Shown in pieces: positions 9,502 to 20,373 of a stretch of DNA of 64,000 bases. The first letter of the stretch is position 1, and each line of letters begins with the position of its first letter. The position numbers were made by a program, and so were the translations under genes. The DNA is taken from positions 2,304,001 through 2,368,000 of the forward strand of contig OY829846.1 in the NCBI GenBank assembly GCA_963691875.1. Reading direction: 5' to 3'. Under the pieces are notes generated by a model. That model saw only the letters and a program-made list of their open reading frames with translations. It did not search any database and was not told the DNA's origin. This stretch comes from Aureliella sp. Lineage in GTDB: Bacteria; Planctomycetota; Planctomycetia; Pirellulales; Pirellulaceae.

Positions 9502-9948
9502 GCTTCGCAAATTGGAGAATCTGTTTTTGTCGAGATTTTGTCCGCCTGCCCTCGGGACCGTACTGGGGTATTGCTGGACGCTAGCGCTCACTATTAATTT
9601 CAAGTCTCGGCATGCGACACCTGGAAGGATGCCTCGATTGTATATTCGGCTGGAGGCTGCCCCCCAAAAGACGCCCGTCCCATTCTTTGTCTCCTGGTTA
9701 AGGCCGCTGAAAAGAAGCGTCGTATCCCAGCTGCCAATTGGTCGGAACTTATCGGAGCGCTAAATGAAACGTGCTGTGCAATGTTTCGCATTGGTTGCCG
9801 GGGAATAGGATGGACCTGATCCCCGTTCACGCAGGGAGAACTCGTGGCCTTCGCGAACGACCTCAGAAACCAATATGGCAACAACTCAGGTTCGCCTCGT
9901 TTGACAGTAACACGCGTCGCGGCCTCTCAGCCGCTACCGACTCGTTAA
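9502..9948 (+). pseudogene. Decayed beta-sandwich (PA-IL/LecA-like) domain gene
   Basis: One frame reads IGESVFVEILSA..RTGVLL..HY*FQV..WKDASI..RRIPAANWSELIGAL..FRIG..WT*SP..GELVAFANDLRNQYGNNSGSPRLTVTRV, with stops at 9595 (TAA) and 9817 (TGA). Confidence 0.65.
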
Positions 9949-10141
9949 GCCATTCAGTTTTCAGATACACCTGCGGAATTTAGTCTAGCAGCGAATCTGC
10001 GCCGAATACGAAAATCTTCAAACACTCTGAAAACTAGAATGCTACAGTGGGGATCGTGTGCTCGCTCACCGCAGTGCAAACTCTCGGGGTATATCAGGGT
10101 GACGTCACAATCCAGATTCGAACCCATTTAGGGGGAAGCCG

Positions 10142-11067
10142 TTGGAAAAGATTGCTCGAAAGTCAAAGCTTGATGCACGTTTGATTCGCCATCCCCTTCT
10201 TACTTTAGCAGTGGTTTGCGTCCTTCCCCCAAGCTCTTCTTTTAATATTTTCGCGCAGCAAAAACAAATAAAGAAGCAAGAAATCGATGTATTTGTCCCA
10301 AACGTCCAGATTCGGAGGGCCGAGGCAATCCAACCGGCGATGCTCATCGCTCCCAACGAACTCCGAGTTTTCATAACGTTACGTTCGAAATCAAGAGGAA
10401 GATCTAGGCTTTCGCTATCGATAACAGGAGGAGTTCAACGTAATCGACCCGATCCTATCGAAACGCTCAAAAGGAGATCGACAGCGAGATTGATAGGGTC
10501 ATTCAGAATTCTGAGAAAAGCTTGAAGTATCTGACCCAAAAGCAAATTGATAGCCTCCACGCTGCTGCCATGTGCGATGCAAAGTACTTCCTGCGAGAAG
10601 TAACAGCAACTTTGAAGAGCCCCGATTTCACTAACGGACACCAGCAGAATGAGTTATGGCAGATCATTTTTAAGGCAAGTCAAGAACTTAACGTCCTAGA
10701 CAAGAAATACGAAACGCTGTTCACCGGAAGCACAGGTTTGTATCAGAGGGTGTTGACGAAACTGAGAACACAACTGAGGCCTCAAATGAAGGCCGATGCG
10801 ACGGCTTCAGGTGCAGTCGGTCTATTCCTTCTCGACGTCGAACTAGAATCTGGCATAGAGGCGGAGACAATTCTAAAGCTGCGCAAATGGCTTGAATCAA
10901 AATCTAGACACAAGACCTACGGCACTGTAAGCAAGGTAGCGGATCTGGTTCTAACGACCTTTGATGACCCATCTTCTAACCGGATCAATGCTTCTGAGGA
11001 CACACGTTTGCGGGCCTATTGCAAACGCCTAATGGACAGATTGCGTTTGGACGACCAAGAAAAGTAA
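10142..11067 (+). pseudogene. Probably disrupted secreted hypothetical protein; 10522-11067 is the intact 3' part
   Basis: The 5' ORF has a signal-peptide-like stretch. The frame of the 181-aa ORF continues upstream of its TTG (..QKEIDSEIDRVIQNSEKSLKYLTQKQ..) until stops near 10405-10445. Confidence 0.45.
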
Positions 11068-11164
11068 GCTGCTCGGGAGCGTGTTTCCGTTCGGATTGAA
11101 ATGGGAACCCCTTCAGTAAATAATGGAGAGTTCCTGACTCTCCCACCGCAGCCACTGCATTACC

Positions 11165-13156
11165 ATGCTGAATTCATTTTTTCTCACTTCAGATGCCGCT
11201 TTCGGGCCGCAGCACAGAACTAGGCTTGCATCGAAAACCAGAGAGATTTTGTTCTGTGCAGTGGCTTTCCTTAGTATGCAGTGGTCTGCTCCAGGCAGAT
11301 CGCTCTCTGCAGACGATCTTCCAAGCGATGTGAAGACGGTATTCGCTGAAAACTGCGTTCGCTGCCACAAGGCGGAGAAGAAATCAGGTGGATTGGTACT
11401 AGAAGCTCCTGAGTCGATTGTGGCTGGCGGTAAGAGTGGCGCTGCCATCATTCCGGGAGCGCCTGGAGATAGTTTGCTTTGGAAGCTGGTCCAGCCAGAG
11501 GGGAAGCCGCATATGCCCCCAGGCAAGAAACAGCTCGACAACTCTCAGTTGGCTACTTTAAAGAGCTGGATTGAACATTGGGAGCCACCGAAACCGGAAG
11601 CAAAGCCGACAACATCGCTACAAGAGAGTGCTCGAATTACTAGCTGGCTTCCTCCTCCCGGAGTGGACCCAACTCTTGTGATCGATCTCTACATCGCCCA
11701 TGGCTGCCGCGAACGTGGCGTTGAACAAGGACCACTCTGTAGCGACGCGGAGTTCATCCGGCGACTGTATCTAGATGTTTTTGGACGCATCCCGTCGCTG
11801 AGAGAGCGCCAAGCTTTCCTGAACGAGACTAATTCCAACAAACGCGACCTGTGGATCGAGCGTCTTTCGGAATCACCAGAATGTGCAGAGCACTTGGCTG
11901 CACTTTGGGACACCATGCTCCTAGGGCGCAGCGAAGGCAAGCTAGAAGAACGAACTGCAAAGGGTTGGCACGACTATCTGAAAACGGCTTTCCAGCAGAA
12001 TCGCCCCTGGAATAAAGTCGCAGAGGAAGTTTTGCTCGCCCGCGGCGATTCGAAACAGCGCGGCCACATTTGGTTTTTGTACGAGCAAAGCAACAAGCAT
12101 CAGGAGATTGCTGAATCCATCTCACGTGGGTTCTTTGGCGTCGACATAGCCTGTGCCCAGTGCCATGATCACCCCGTTTCACCCGAGATCAAGCAGGCTC
12201 ATTACTGGGGACTGGTTGGGTTTTACCGCCGCGGACGCAATGAAGGCGTTCCAAATGGAATTGCGGTGGCAGAATCTGCCATTGGAGGATTTGAGGACTA
12301 CGCCAACGCTCTCACTGGTGAAACAGAGACGCTTGAGCTGACTTTTCTGAAGGCCAAAACGGTGGAGGAACAGCGTCCAGAAGATCCAGCAAAGCAGAAA
12401 GACGACGATGATTTCTACGTGGAGGTAGACAAGGAAGCGCGACGGCCGAAGTTCTCTCGTCGCGAAAAGTTTGTTACTGAGATTCTGCGTGATCACCCGC
12501 TGCTAGCTCGAGCCATGGTCAATCGCTGGTGGGGCTTAATGCTGGGACGTGGCTTAGTGCATCCCGTCGACAAGATGGATTCTGGACATCCGCCGAGCCA
12601 CCCAGAGTTGCTTGACTGGCTGGCGGAAGACTACCGTCAAAGTGGCTACGACAACCGCCGTTTACTGCAAGCATTACTGCGGTCTCACGCCTATCAATCG
12701 GTTGCTTCCGGAGCAGGCCCACCGGACTCCTTTGCCAATGGCTTGGTCAAACCGCTCAGCGCCGAGGCACTGCTGCGAAGCTGGTCCCAGATCCTCAACC
12801 CAAAACTGAATCAAGATCTAGGCTCTACAATCCGACAACATTTCCCAGAGATTTTGGCTGAGGAGGAACAGACGACATTGAAGCAGACATTGATGCTGAG
12901 CAACCATTCTCGATGGAACGAGTTCTTTCGATTTGAATCTGATTCTGTTGGCGAATCGCTTAGGAATTTGGAGCGAGAAAATCCAGAACAAGCTTGCACT
13001 CAGATCTTCTTGGTCGCTTTCGGCCGAGAACCAACCGAAGCAGAGATGAAAAAAGTCGTATCGATCCTGAAGTCGAAAGAGACCGAGTGGCAGCGATCGG
13101 TGCAGCAAATCCTCTGGGCTCTGCTGACTTCGGCCGAGTTTCGATTCAATCATTAA
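11165..13156 (+). CDS. Planctomycete cytochrome c (PSCyt1) + DUF1549 + DUF1553 protein
   Basis: CVRCH, FIRRLYLDVFGRIP, CAQCHDHP, VNRWWGLMLGRGLV, PSHPELLDWLA and C-terminal EFRFNH. Confidence 0.92.
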   Translation: MLNSFFLTSDAAFGPQHRTRLASKTREILFCAVAFLSMQWSAPGRSLSADDLPSDVKTVFAENCVRCHKAEKKSGGLVLEAPESIVAGGKSGAAIIPGAPGDSLLWKLVQPEGKPHMPPGKKQLDNSQLATLKSWIEHWEPPKPEAKPTTSLQESARITSWLPPPGVDPTLVIDLYIAHGCRERGVEQGPLCSDAEFIRRLYLDVFGRIPSLRERQAFLNETNSNKRDLWIERLSESPECAEHLAALWDTMLLGRSEGKLEERTAKGWHDYLKTAFQQNRPWNKVAEEVLLARGDSKQRGHIWFLYEQSNKHQEIAESISRGFFGVDIACAQCHDHPVSPEIKQAHYWGLVGFYRRGRNEGVPNGIAVAESAIGGFEDYANALTGETETLELTFLKAKTVEEQRPEDPAKQKDDDDFYVEVDKEARRPKFSRREKFVTEILRDHPLLARAMVNRWWGLMLGRGLVHPVDKMDSGHPPSHPELLDWLAEDYRQSGYDNRRLLQALLRSHAYQSVASGAGPPDSFANGLVKPLSAEALLRSWSQILNPKLNQDLGSTIRQHFPEILAEEEQTTLKQTLMLSNHSRWNEFFRFESDSVGESLRNLERENPEQACTQIFLVAFGREPTEAEMKKVVSILKSKETEWQRSVQQILWALLTSAEFRFNH

Positions 13157-13175
13157 TGGGCAGAAGCTAACTTCA

Positions 13176-14519
13176 ATGACAGCGTCATCGCAAGACGACA
13201 CGCAACGCAACATGACATGCGGCAGTCCAGAACACTCAGTGCATCGGCGCCTTTTTCTCGAAGGTACCGTCGGCGTAGGCGCCGCGTCCGCAGCGAGTTT
13301 TAGTGGCTTGTTTTCGGTACCGGCGTTCGCACAGCAAATGAACGACAAGGCAAAACGCTGCATCCTGCTATGGCTCTGCGGTGCTCCCAGCCAGTTTGAA
13401 ACTTGGGATCCGAAACCGGGGAAACGGACCAGTGGACCGTTCGGTAGCATCCCAAGTTGCCTACCCGGTGTTCACGTAAGTGAATTGATGCCAAAGTGCT
13501 CCACCATCTTGGATAAGATGTCGATCATCCGTTCGATGAGTACCAAACCTAGCGAACACTTCCAAGGGATCGACACGCTGACTCGCGGAGACGCTCCTCG
13601 TCCACCCTTTCAACGGCCTATTCTAGGATCAGTACTTGCTCAACAGCTCGGGCAACTTGACTCACCGGTGCCGCAGTTTGTCTTGCTCGATCCCTGCCCT
13701 GAAGGAAACGAGTTCAAGAGCTTCAAGGCAGGGAACTGGGCTGGATGGCTAGGCGCTGAGTACGGCCCGGTGAGAGCAGGCGGGGAATACTCGATCCCGA
13801 ACATCGATTTACCTGAGTCGTTGAGCGAGGCTGATCACAGCGATCGTGAAGCGTTGCGTAGTTTCCTGAGCAAGAAATTTGCGAATGACCGCAAAAGTGC
13901 GGCAGCTGAATCTTATAACGCTGCATTTGAACGCGTCAAAGGACTGATGAGTTGCGCTCCACTTTTTGACATGGAGAAACTGCCAGAAGAGGATCGCCAA
14001 CGCTACGGGCCAGGAGCTTTCGGCCTGCACACGTTGCAGGCACGGCACTTGGTTGAGAATGGCTGTCCGAGCGTGATGGTCGCCAATGGAATGCCATGGG
14101 ATTGCCACGTCCTAAACCACGAAATACACCAGATGTTGGTGCCGGAATTAGACAATGTCATTTTCCAGTTGATCGGTGATCTGGAAGACCGTGGGCTACT
14201 TGATAGCACGTTGGTGATCATGATGGGCGAATTTGGCAGAACACCTTTCCTGAATCCCGCACGAGGACGAGACCATTACCCTACTGCCTGGTCGATGGCT
14301 TTAGCAGGGTGCGGCATCAAACCTGGAGTCGTATATGGATCGACCGATAACGAGGGAATCGAAGTGAGCGACGAAAAGGTTGACCAAAAACGCTTATTTG
14401 CGACGATTTTTTCTGCGCTTGGAATCGATCCACATGCTGAATACGAGCTTCCTGACAACTTCCCGACTTTTCATCATGTCGAAGATGACGCAGAGCCCAT
14501 TCGAGAGGTGCTGCTATGA
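13176..14519 (+). CDS. DUF1501 protein (Tat-exported)
   Basis: HRRLFL, LWLCGAPSQFETWDPKP, MGEFGRTP and GRDHY motifs. Confidence 0.92.
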   Translation: MTASSQDDTQRNMTCGSPEHSVHRRLFLEGTVGVGAASAASFSGLFSVPAFAQQMNDKAKRCILLWLCGAPSQFETWDPKPGKRTSGPFGSIPSCLPGVHVSELMPKCSTILDKMSIIRSMSTKPSEHFQGIDTLTRGDAPRPPFQRPILGSVLAQQLGQLDSPVPQFVLLDPCPEGNEFKSFKAGNWAGWLGAEYGPVRAGGEYSIPNIDLPESLSEADHSDREALRSFLSKKFANDRKSAAAESYNAAFERVKGLMSCAPLFDMEKLPEEDRQRYGPGAFGLHTLQARHLVENGCPSVMVANGMPWDCHVLNHEIHQMLVPELDNVIFQLIGDLEDRGLLDSTLVIMMGEFGRTPFLNPARGRDHYPTAWSMALAGCGIKPGVVYGSTDNEGIEVSDEKVDQKRLFATIFSALGIDPHAEYELPDNFPTFHHVEDDAEPIREVLL

Positions 14520-15610
14520 GAACTAGTGTTTCAGAGTCTCATTACACGCTGAAGACAGAGCAGCTCAAGCGTCATTCGCTACCCATGGCTTGCCTGGGCG
14601 TCGCGTTTCACTCGAATGGCAAGTTTGCTTTCTTGGCTTGCATGGATGGTGTCTATCAGGTCGAAATAGAATCCGGAGCACGTCAGCGGCTTTATGAGCA
14701 CGATAGCTACGCCTCGGGAGTGGTTTGCTTTGCAGAGTTCAATCAGATTGTTTCCGCTGGATACGACGGCAAGCTGATCTGGTATGACTTGGGAACGCGT
14801 AAGATCGTCCGCCAAATCCAGGCACATACCTTTTGGAGCTGGGATCTTGCGCGTGCGGCGAATGCTTCTGTGCTGGTTTCTTCCTCAGGCCAGTATCTAG
14901 CCGGCGGCTATCGCTATGAGCCCAAGCCTTCAGAGGTGCCTTCGGTTGTCGCTTACAACGCAGAATCGGGAGAAGCGATTTGTAGGATGGACTTCTTACC
15001 ACCGGTTCAAGCCGTCGCAGCGAGCGCCGACGGTGAATCGTTCGGGGCCGGCAACTTGATGGGCGATGTCGCGGTTTGGAATCGGACAGGCGAGCTACAA
15101 AGCTCCGCCTCATCGAATGACTTCACAGCATTCGGCCACATCAAGAGCCACTGCCAAGTCGGCGGAATCTACGCTGCAGCTTTTGAGCCCAAGAGCAACG
15201 ATCTGTTCGTTGCCGGAATGGGGCCAATGCGAGACCCGATGGCGGGTAATGGCAAGCAACGCTGGCATCGCTACGCTTGGGGCGAAGAGAATGCCAAGCT
15301 CGCCGGCAAATCCAATGACAAGCAAGTCGGCGAAGGCTTGATGGAGACCTTGGCATTTCATCCAAGCGGAGATTACTTCGTAATGGCAGGACGTCTGCGT
15401 GGCGGCAATTGGGACGTCGGATTCTTCGATACTGCAACGGGAGACTTGTTTCATTCCTTAAAGGTCAAGCGGCGTGTTACTCAGGTAGAATTCTCGCGAG
15501 ACGGCACGCAGCTAATCTTGTCAGCTGCCGGAAAGCAAGAACGCGATCCCAAGAAGGAGTTTGGGCTCATCGAGGTTTACAGCGTGAGTCGTGAAGCAAA
15601 ATCGGCCTAA
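14516..15610 (+). CDS. WD40-repeat beta-propeller protein
   Basis: HDSYASGV..SAGYDGKLIWYD and AFHPSG repeats; ATGA overlap with the DUF1501 gene. Confidence 0.85.
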   Translation: MRTSVSESHYTLKTEQLKRHSLPMACLGVAFHSNGKFAFLACMDGVYQVEIESGARQRLYEHDSYASGVVCFAEFNQIVSAGYDGKLIWYDLGTRKIVRQIQAHTFWSWDLARAANASVLVSSSGQYLAGGYRYEPKPSEVPSVVAYNAESGEAICRMDFLPPVQAVAASADGESFGAGNLMGDVAVWNRTGELQSSASSNDFTAFGHIKSHCQVGGIYAAAFEPKSNDLFVAGMGPMRDPMAGNGKQRWHRYAWGEENAKLAGKSNDKQVGEGLMETLAFHPSGDYFVMAGRLRGGNWDVGFFDTATGDLFHSLKVKRRVTQVEFSRDGTQLILSAAGKQERDPKKEFGLIEVYSVSREAKSA

Positions 15611-15699
15611 CCAACTTTGCTTCAATGACGCCTATTTTGCGACTCAGCCAAGAACCGAGCAAAAAAGATCGCTGCAGGACGAAACCAGTCCGCGAACAT

Positions 15700-16099
15700 C
15701 GATGGACTATCCCACGCCGACAAAACGATCTTGCCAATGCCAACGTGGCACTCAGCGATTGGATGGTACGTGACGAGCAAATTCGTTGACGTCCTGCAGA
15801 AAAATAGCGTGTAGAACCATGGGCTGAATCTACTGGAGTGTCCAGTCGGCAACTTTCCCGGCACTTTTATTCAGTCGGTAGCGGGTAGGTTGCCGCGCGT
15901 ATTCATGATGCTCCTTCGCATTCAGCAAGCTTGCGAGTTTGTCATTCAGTGGGACATGTAAATCGATGAAATCGCATTGGACACTGGTTTTTATGATCAA
16001 AGTGCATTTGCCTTTCAATTTCGGAGGACCATCGGCATGGCGCCGATTGAATACCGAACACGTTACCGGGACGCTGCAATGGCTCAAGCCAGCGGTTAA
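15700..16099 (+). pseudogene. Decayed AraC-family regulator
   Basis: From 15905: MMLLRIQQACEF..DM*IDEIALDTGFYDQSAFAFQFRRTIGMAPIEYR (stop at 15959). Upstream SRQLSRHF lies in another frame. 5' limit approximate. Confidence 0.8.
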
Positions 16100-16223
16100 A
16101 CTAGGGGTCCCAAACTTACCCAAACCAATCGGTTCGCCCCACGACGCTTGGTCCTCCAGCGGTTACCCTAGAACGCTGGAAGAATCAACTTTCCCCCACC
16201 CCAACTATTGAGATCACCGAATA

Positions 16224-19200
16224 ATGCGAACTTTGCCTCTGGAAGTCTCACCCACGCGGGATCCATTAAAGTCGAGCTTGGCTTGGATCTTGTCCACTTC
16301 GATCTTGGCATTTGGCCTCAACCTTGCATGGGCTCCGCCAGCTTTGGCAGATTCGCCGTTCGAATTCAAGCAGGATGATGTGGTCGCCATCTTTGGAAAC
16401 GGCTTGGCTGACCGCATGCAACATTCGCCTTGGGTCGAGACCATGCTGCAAGCGAACTTAAAAGGTAAAAAAGTTCGCTTTCGGAACATGAGTTTCTCCG
16501 GCGATATCGTCAATCAGCGTCCGCGAAATAAAGGCTTTACCAACGACGCAGAGTACCTGCAGCACGTTGCGCCGGACGTCGTATGGATTATGTACGGTTA
16601 CAACGAGTCTCACGGGGGCCCCGACGGTGCTTCAGCCTATCAAACCGAGTTGGTAAATCTGGTTGCAAAGTACCGAGAGCTCCGCAAACAGGATGGCGTT
16701 GATGCGCGATTCGTGCTCTTCAGCCCTATCGCTTACGAGAACACTGGAAGCCCGCATCTCCCGAAAGGAGACGACCTGAATCGTAATTTGCAGGCTTACG
16801 CAGAAGCAACGCGAAAGGCTGCCGATGAGTCAGGTGCCAAGTACGTCGATCTATTCACACCAACTCTCAGACTCTTCGAAGCCTCTGACGAGCAATTGAC
16901 ATTGAATGGCATTCACCTGAATGCCAAGGGTTATCACCATTTGGCAGAAGTTATCTCAGACGAACTTGTCGGCGAAACGGATAGCTCGACCAGCACGCAT
17001 CAGCTGATTTACGATGCGATCAAGGACAAGAACTGGCACTGGCACAATCGCTATCGTGCCACCGACGGCAATGATATCTGGGGCTCACGATCTGGGCTTA
17101 GTTTTGTTAACGGGCAGACAAATGCGGACGTTCTTGTTCACGAACTCAAAATGCTCGATCTCATGACGGCCAATCGGGACTCCGTGATTTGGGAGGCTGC
17201 CGAAGGCAAAACACTGGAAGTCGACGACAGCAATGTTCCTCAGCCTGTAGTCGTGAAGACCAACGTTGGTGGTGGAAGCAAGAGCTCCAACAAGGACAAA
17301 GAAGGAAGCACGAGCTATTTAAGTCCAGAAGAGAGCCTCGCAAAGATCGCGGTACCCGAGGGCTTTGAATTAAACATCTTCGCATCGGAAGAGATGTTCC
17401 CCGATTTGGCCAACCCGGTGCAGTTGCAGGTCGACACCAAGGGCCGACTTTGGGCAGCAAGCTGGAATTCCTATCCCAAGTGGCAGCCTGGCGACGAGCT
17501 CATCGACAGCTTGATGATCTTCGAAGACACCGACAACGATGGAGTCGCTGACAAGCGAAAGATTTTCGCCCATGTTCACAACCCGCTCGGGTTTGAATTC
17601 TGGGGGGGTGGCGTTCTTGTTACCTCGGGACCAGATCTTTTATTCCTGAAGGACACCGACGGTGATGATGTTGCCGATGTGAGATTTCCAATTCTGCAAG
17701 GCTTGGGGACATCCGACACGCACCACGCGGCAAACAACCTGATCTACGGTCCTGACGGTGGAATCTATTGGCAGAGTGGTATTTTCTTGGTGCACAATCA
17801 CGAAACACCTTGGAAACGCAACCTGAACGTCGGTGGCTCGGGCATGTACCGCTTTGATCCACGTACTTTCGCAATCACACCCATCGCCGCCAACAGCCCA
17901 AATCCGCACGGAACGAGCTTCGATCGCTGGGGTTACCTCTACGCAAACGATGGCACCGGTGGCAAGTCCTACCAAGTTCGCCCTAAGAACGACGGCTTTC
18001 AAATGCATTCCTTGCTCGCCAAGGAATTCCGCCCTGTGCCCGCTAACGAGATTTTGTCCTCGGCGCACTTCCCAGAAGACATGCAACAAGACTTCTTGAT
18101 CTTGAACGTGATTGGCTTCCTCGGAATCAAGCAATACGACCTGGATCGCGGTGATGGTGGTAAGCGTCCTTACGGCCAAGTCTGGGGCACGCCTCAGAAA
18201 GAATTGCTCAACGGGGCTGACCGGAACTTCCGTCCGAGTGATGCGATCGTTGGCGAAGATGGAGCGTTGTATGTCGCCGACTGGCACAACATGATCATCG
18301 GTCACATGCAGCACAATATTCGCGATCCCAGTCGTGACCACAAGCACGGTCGTATCCTGCGTTTGACCGTCAAAGATCGCCCATTGCAAAAGCCGGTTGC
18401 CATTCACGGCGAACCAATTGCAAAGCTACTTGAGAACTTGAAGCACCCGGTCGACGGCGTACGTCAGCGAACTCGAGTAGAACTAAGTTCTCGGGACTCC
18501 GATGAAGTCATCGCAGCGGCTCAAGCATGGGCAGCAGACTTCGATCCAAACGACGAGGAGGAAGCACACCACATCTTGGAAGCTCTATGGCTGCATCAAC
18601 AGCACAATGTAAAGAACCAAGAATTGCTCGCGAAGTTGCTTGACTCGGAAGTCGGTCATGCCGCTACGGCAGCTGGAATCGTACAACACTTCTGGACGAA
18701 GTTCGACGCTAGGTTGGCAAGTAGCTTTGCGGCAAATCCAGAGATGCACGTTGTCAACTATCGTCCGCCTCGCCACTTGGACAAGAAATTCCACGGTGTC
18801 TACAAGAAGGGAAGCGGGATCTTCCAGCGAGAATCACACTGTGCCACCTGTCACCAGACGAGCGGCCAGGGAAGTGGTTCCGTGTACCCGCCGCTTGTTG
18901 GAGGACCTTGGGTAAACGGCGATGAAGAACGCTTGATCAAGCTTGCTCTGCATGGCATGTGGGGCAAGATGAATGTCCGTGGCAAGACATACGATCCAAC
19001 ACGCGGTGTGCCTCCGATGACCGCCTTCCGTGACTTGCTGAAGGATGACGAGCTCGCTGCGGTGCTCACGTTTGTTCGTAACACTTGGGGTAATAAAGCG
19101 TCCGTGATTGACGCAGAAACAGTCGCACGAGTTCGAGCAGAGAGTGCAAGTCGCACAACCTTCTGGAAGCCGGCAGAGCTTGAAAAGCTTCACCCGCTCG

Positions 19201-19745
19201 AAAAAGAACTGATGTCGCCAGAGGATCGAAAGGAACCCGAAACAATCAACAACATCGCCTTGGAAAAGGAGCTGTTGGAGCAAACTCCGGCCCAGATCGC
19301 CAAGCTCGCCATGGAGCGTGGCAAGGCAAGGCTTGGGAAGAGCTTATTCTACAACTCTGCTGCAGCTTGCTTCGCCTGCCATGACCCTCCAGGCAACGCG
19401 CCAAAGATGGGCCCCGACCTGACGAAACTCACCAAGGACATGACTCCAGAAGATTGGGTTACCGCGGTCTTGCAGCCATCCAAACAAATCGACAAGAAGT
19501 TTGCTCAGGTTAACGTGCTGACGGCAGACGATGAAATCTTGACTGGAATCCGCATTTCCGAGGACGATGACTCTATCGTGCTTCGTAATGTGGCTGATCC
19601 GAATCCGATCACGATTGCAAAAGAAGACATCGAAGCAATCAAGGAGTCGAAGACTTCGATGATGCCAGCAGGCTTGGTCAAGTCACTGAAGAGTCGCCAA
19701 GAATTCGACGACCTGATGAAGTATCTCATCGGCCTAAAGAAGTAA
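16224..19745 (+). CDS. SGNH/GDSL domain + PVC-type membrane-bound dehydrogenase/heme-binding protein
   Basis: Signal peptide; FGNGLAD..GYNES..NGIH SGNH-like domain; [13 protein letters not shown] propeller; two CxxCH motifs (CATCH, CFACH); SMMPAGL. Confidence 0.88.
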   Translation: MRTLPLEVSPTRDPLKSSLAWILSTSILAFGLNLAWAPPALADSPFEFKQDDVVAIFGNGLADRMQHSPWVETMLQANLKGKKVRFRNMSFSGDIVNQRPRNKGFTNDAEYLQHVAPDVVWIMYGYNESHGGPDGASAYQTELVNLVAKYRELRKQDGVDARFVLFSPIAYENTGSPHLPKGDDLNRNLQAYAEATRKAADESGAKYVDLFTPTLRLFEASDEQLTLNGIHLNAKGYHHLAEVISDELVGETDSSTSTHQLIYDAIKDKNWHWHNRYRATDGNDIWGSRSGLSFVNGQTNADVLVHELKMLDLMTANRDSVIWEAAEGKTLEVDDSNVPQPVVVKTNVGGGSKSSNKDKEGSTSYLSPEESLAKIAVPEGFELNIFASEEMFPDLANPVQLQVDTKGRLWAASWNSYPKWQPGDELIDSLMIFEDTDNDGVADKRKIFAHVHNPLGFEFWGGGVLVTSGPDLLFLKDTDGDDVADVRFPILQGLGTSDTHHAANNLIYGPDGGIYWQSGIFLVHNHETPWKRNLNVGGSGMYRFDPRTFAITPIAANSPNPHGTSFDRWGYLYANDGTGGKSYQVRPKNDGFQMHSLLAKEFRPVPANEILSSAHFPEDMQQDFLILNVIGFLGIKQYDLDRGDGGKRPYGQVWGTPQKELLNGADRNFRPSDAIVGEDGALYVADWHNMIIGHMQHNIRDPSRDHKHGRILRLTVKDRPLQKPVAIHGEPIAKLLENLKHPVDGVRQRTRVELSSRDSDEVIAAAQAWAADFDPNDEEEAHHILEALWLHQQHNVKNQELLAKLLDSEVGHAATAAGIVQHFWTKFDARLASSFAANPEMHVVNYRPPRHLDKKFHGVYKKGSGIFQRESHCATCHQTSGQGSGSVYPPLVGGPWVNGDEERLIKLALHGMWGKMNVRGKTYDPTRGVPPMTAFRDLLKDDELAAVLTFVRNTWGNKASVIDAETVARVRAESASRTTFWKPAELEKLHPLEKELMSPEDRKEPETINNIALEKELLEQTPAQIAKLAMERGKARLGKSLFYNSAAACFACHDPPGNAPKMGPDLTKLTKDMTPEDWVTAVLQPSKQIDKKFAQVNVLTADDEILTGIRISEDDDSIVLRNVADPNPITIAKEDIEAIKESKTSMMPAGLVKSLKSRQEFDDLMKYLIGLKK

Positions 19746-19847
19746 GTTTCGGCTAAGAAATTACAATGACACCCTTCCGCTTGCTGGGGGGTGTCGGCTG
19801 CGACGTGGAGGGAGCACGCTTCTATCGAGATGCTGGGAGAACAGCAA

Positions 19848-20373
19848 ATGAACACTCCCACTCATGCTCTCATCAAGTGGACCGTGGGCAAGTCTTTAGG
19901 ACGGAGTCGTTTCCGGCAAGTGCCGTTTTGATCGGCTCGGTCGCACCAGACATTCCGTTGTACTTCTTGTCGATCGGCGGGGGACTCTGGTTTCGAATTG
20001 TACAAGGCTGGGATCCAGCAGAGATCCATGGTGGATCAGCCTTTACAACCTGCTTCATTCGCCGCTTGTCTTGATCGTCGCTCTCATCGCACTCTACTTT
20101 GGACTCGGCTACACGGCCTTTATCAAATCTTGGTGGGTCTGGTTTCTCGGCTCGTGTTTCCTTCACACTCTGCTGGACATCCCGTTGCACCACGACGATG
20201 GGCCTTTACTTTTCTGGCCATTGAATTGGAGTTATCGCTACGCCAGCCCGCTGAGCTATTGGGACATGAACCACTATGCGTATATCGTCATGCCGGTCGA
20301 AGGCGCAATATTTCTTCTGCTGCTCGGACGTATCGTCTGGCAATGGCTTCGCCCCGACAGTCTATCGGAATAG
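19848..20373 (+). pseudogene. Frameshifted membrane-bound metal-dependent hydrolase (YdjM/LexA-inducible-like)
   Basis: MNTPTHAL (ATG 19848), GSVAPDIP, and YNLLHSP..LHTLLDIPLHHDDGPLLFWP each lie in a different reading frame. Confidence 0.75.

Noticed and set aside
9817..9819. In-frame TGA as a second possible Sec codon
   Set aside because: No Cys-motif context, and the same frame also has a TAA stop, consistent with pseudogene decay.
9815..9843. ATCCCCGTTCACGCAGGGAGAACTC resembles a type I-E CRISPR repeat
   Set aside because: Single copy with no spacer array or cas genes; it lies within the coding relic (SPFTQGEL).
10110..10130. GGGTTCGAATC on the minus strand resembles a tRNA T-loop
   Set aside because: The flanks do not form a T-stem or a cloverleaf.
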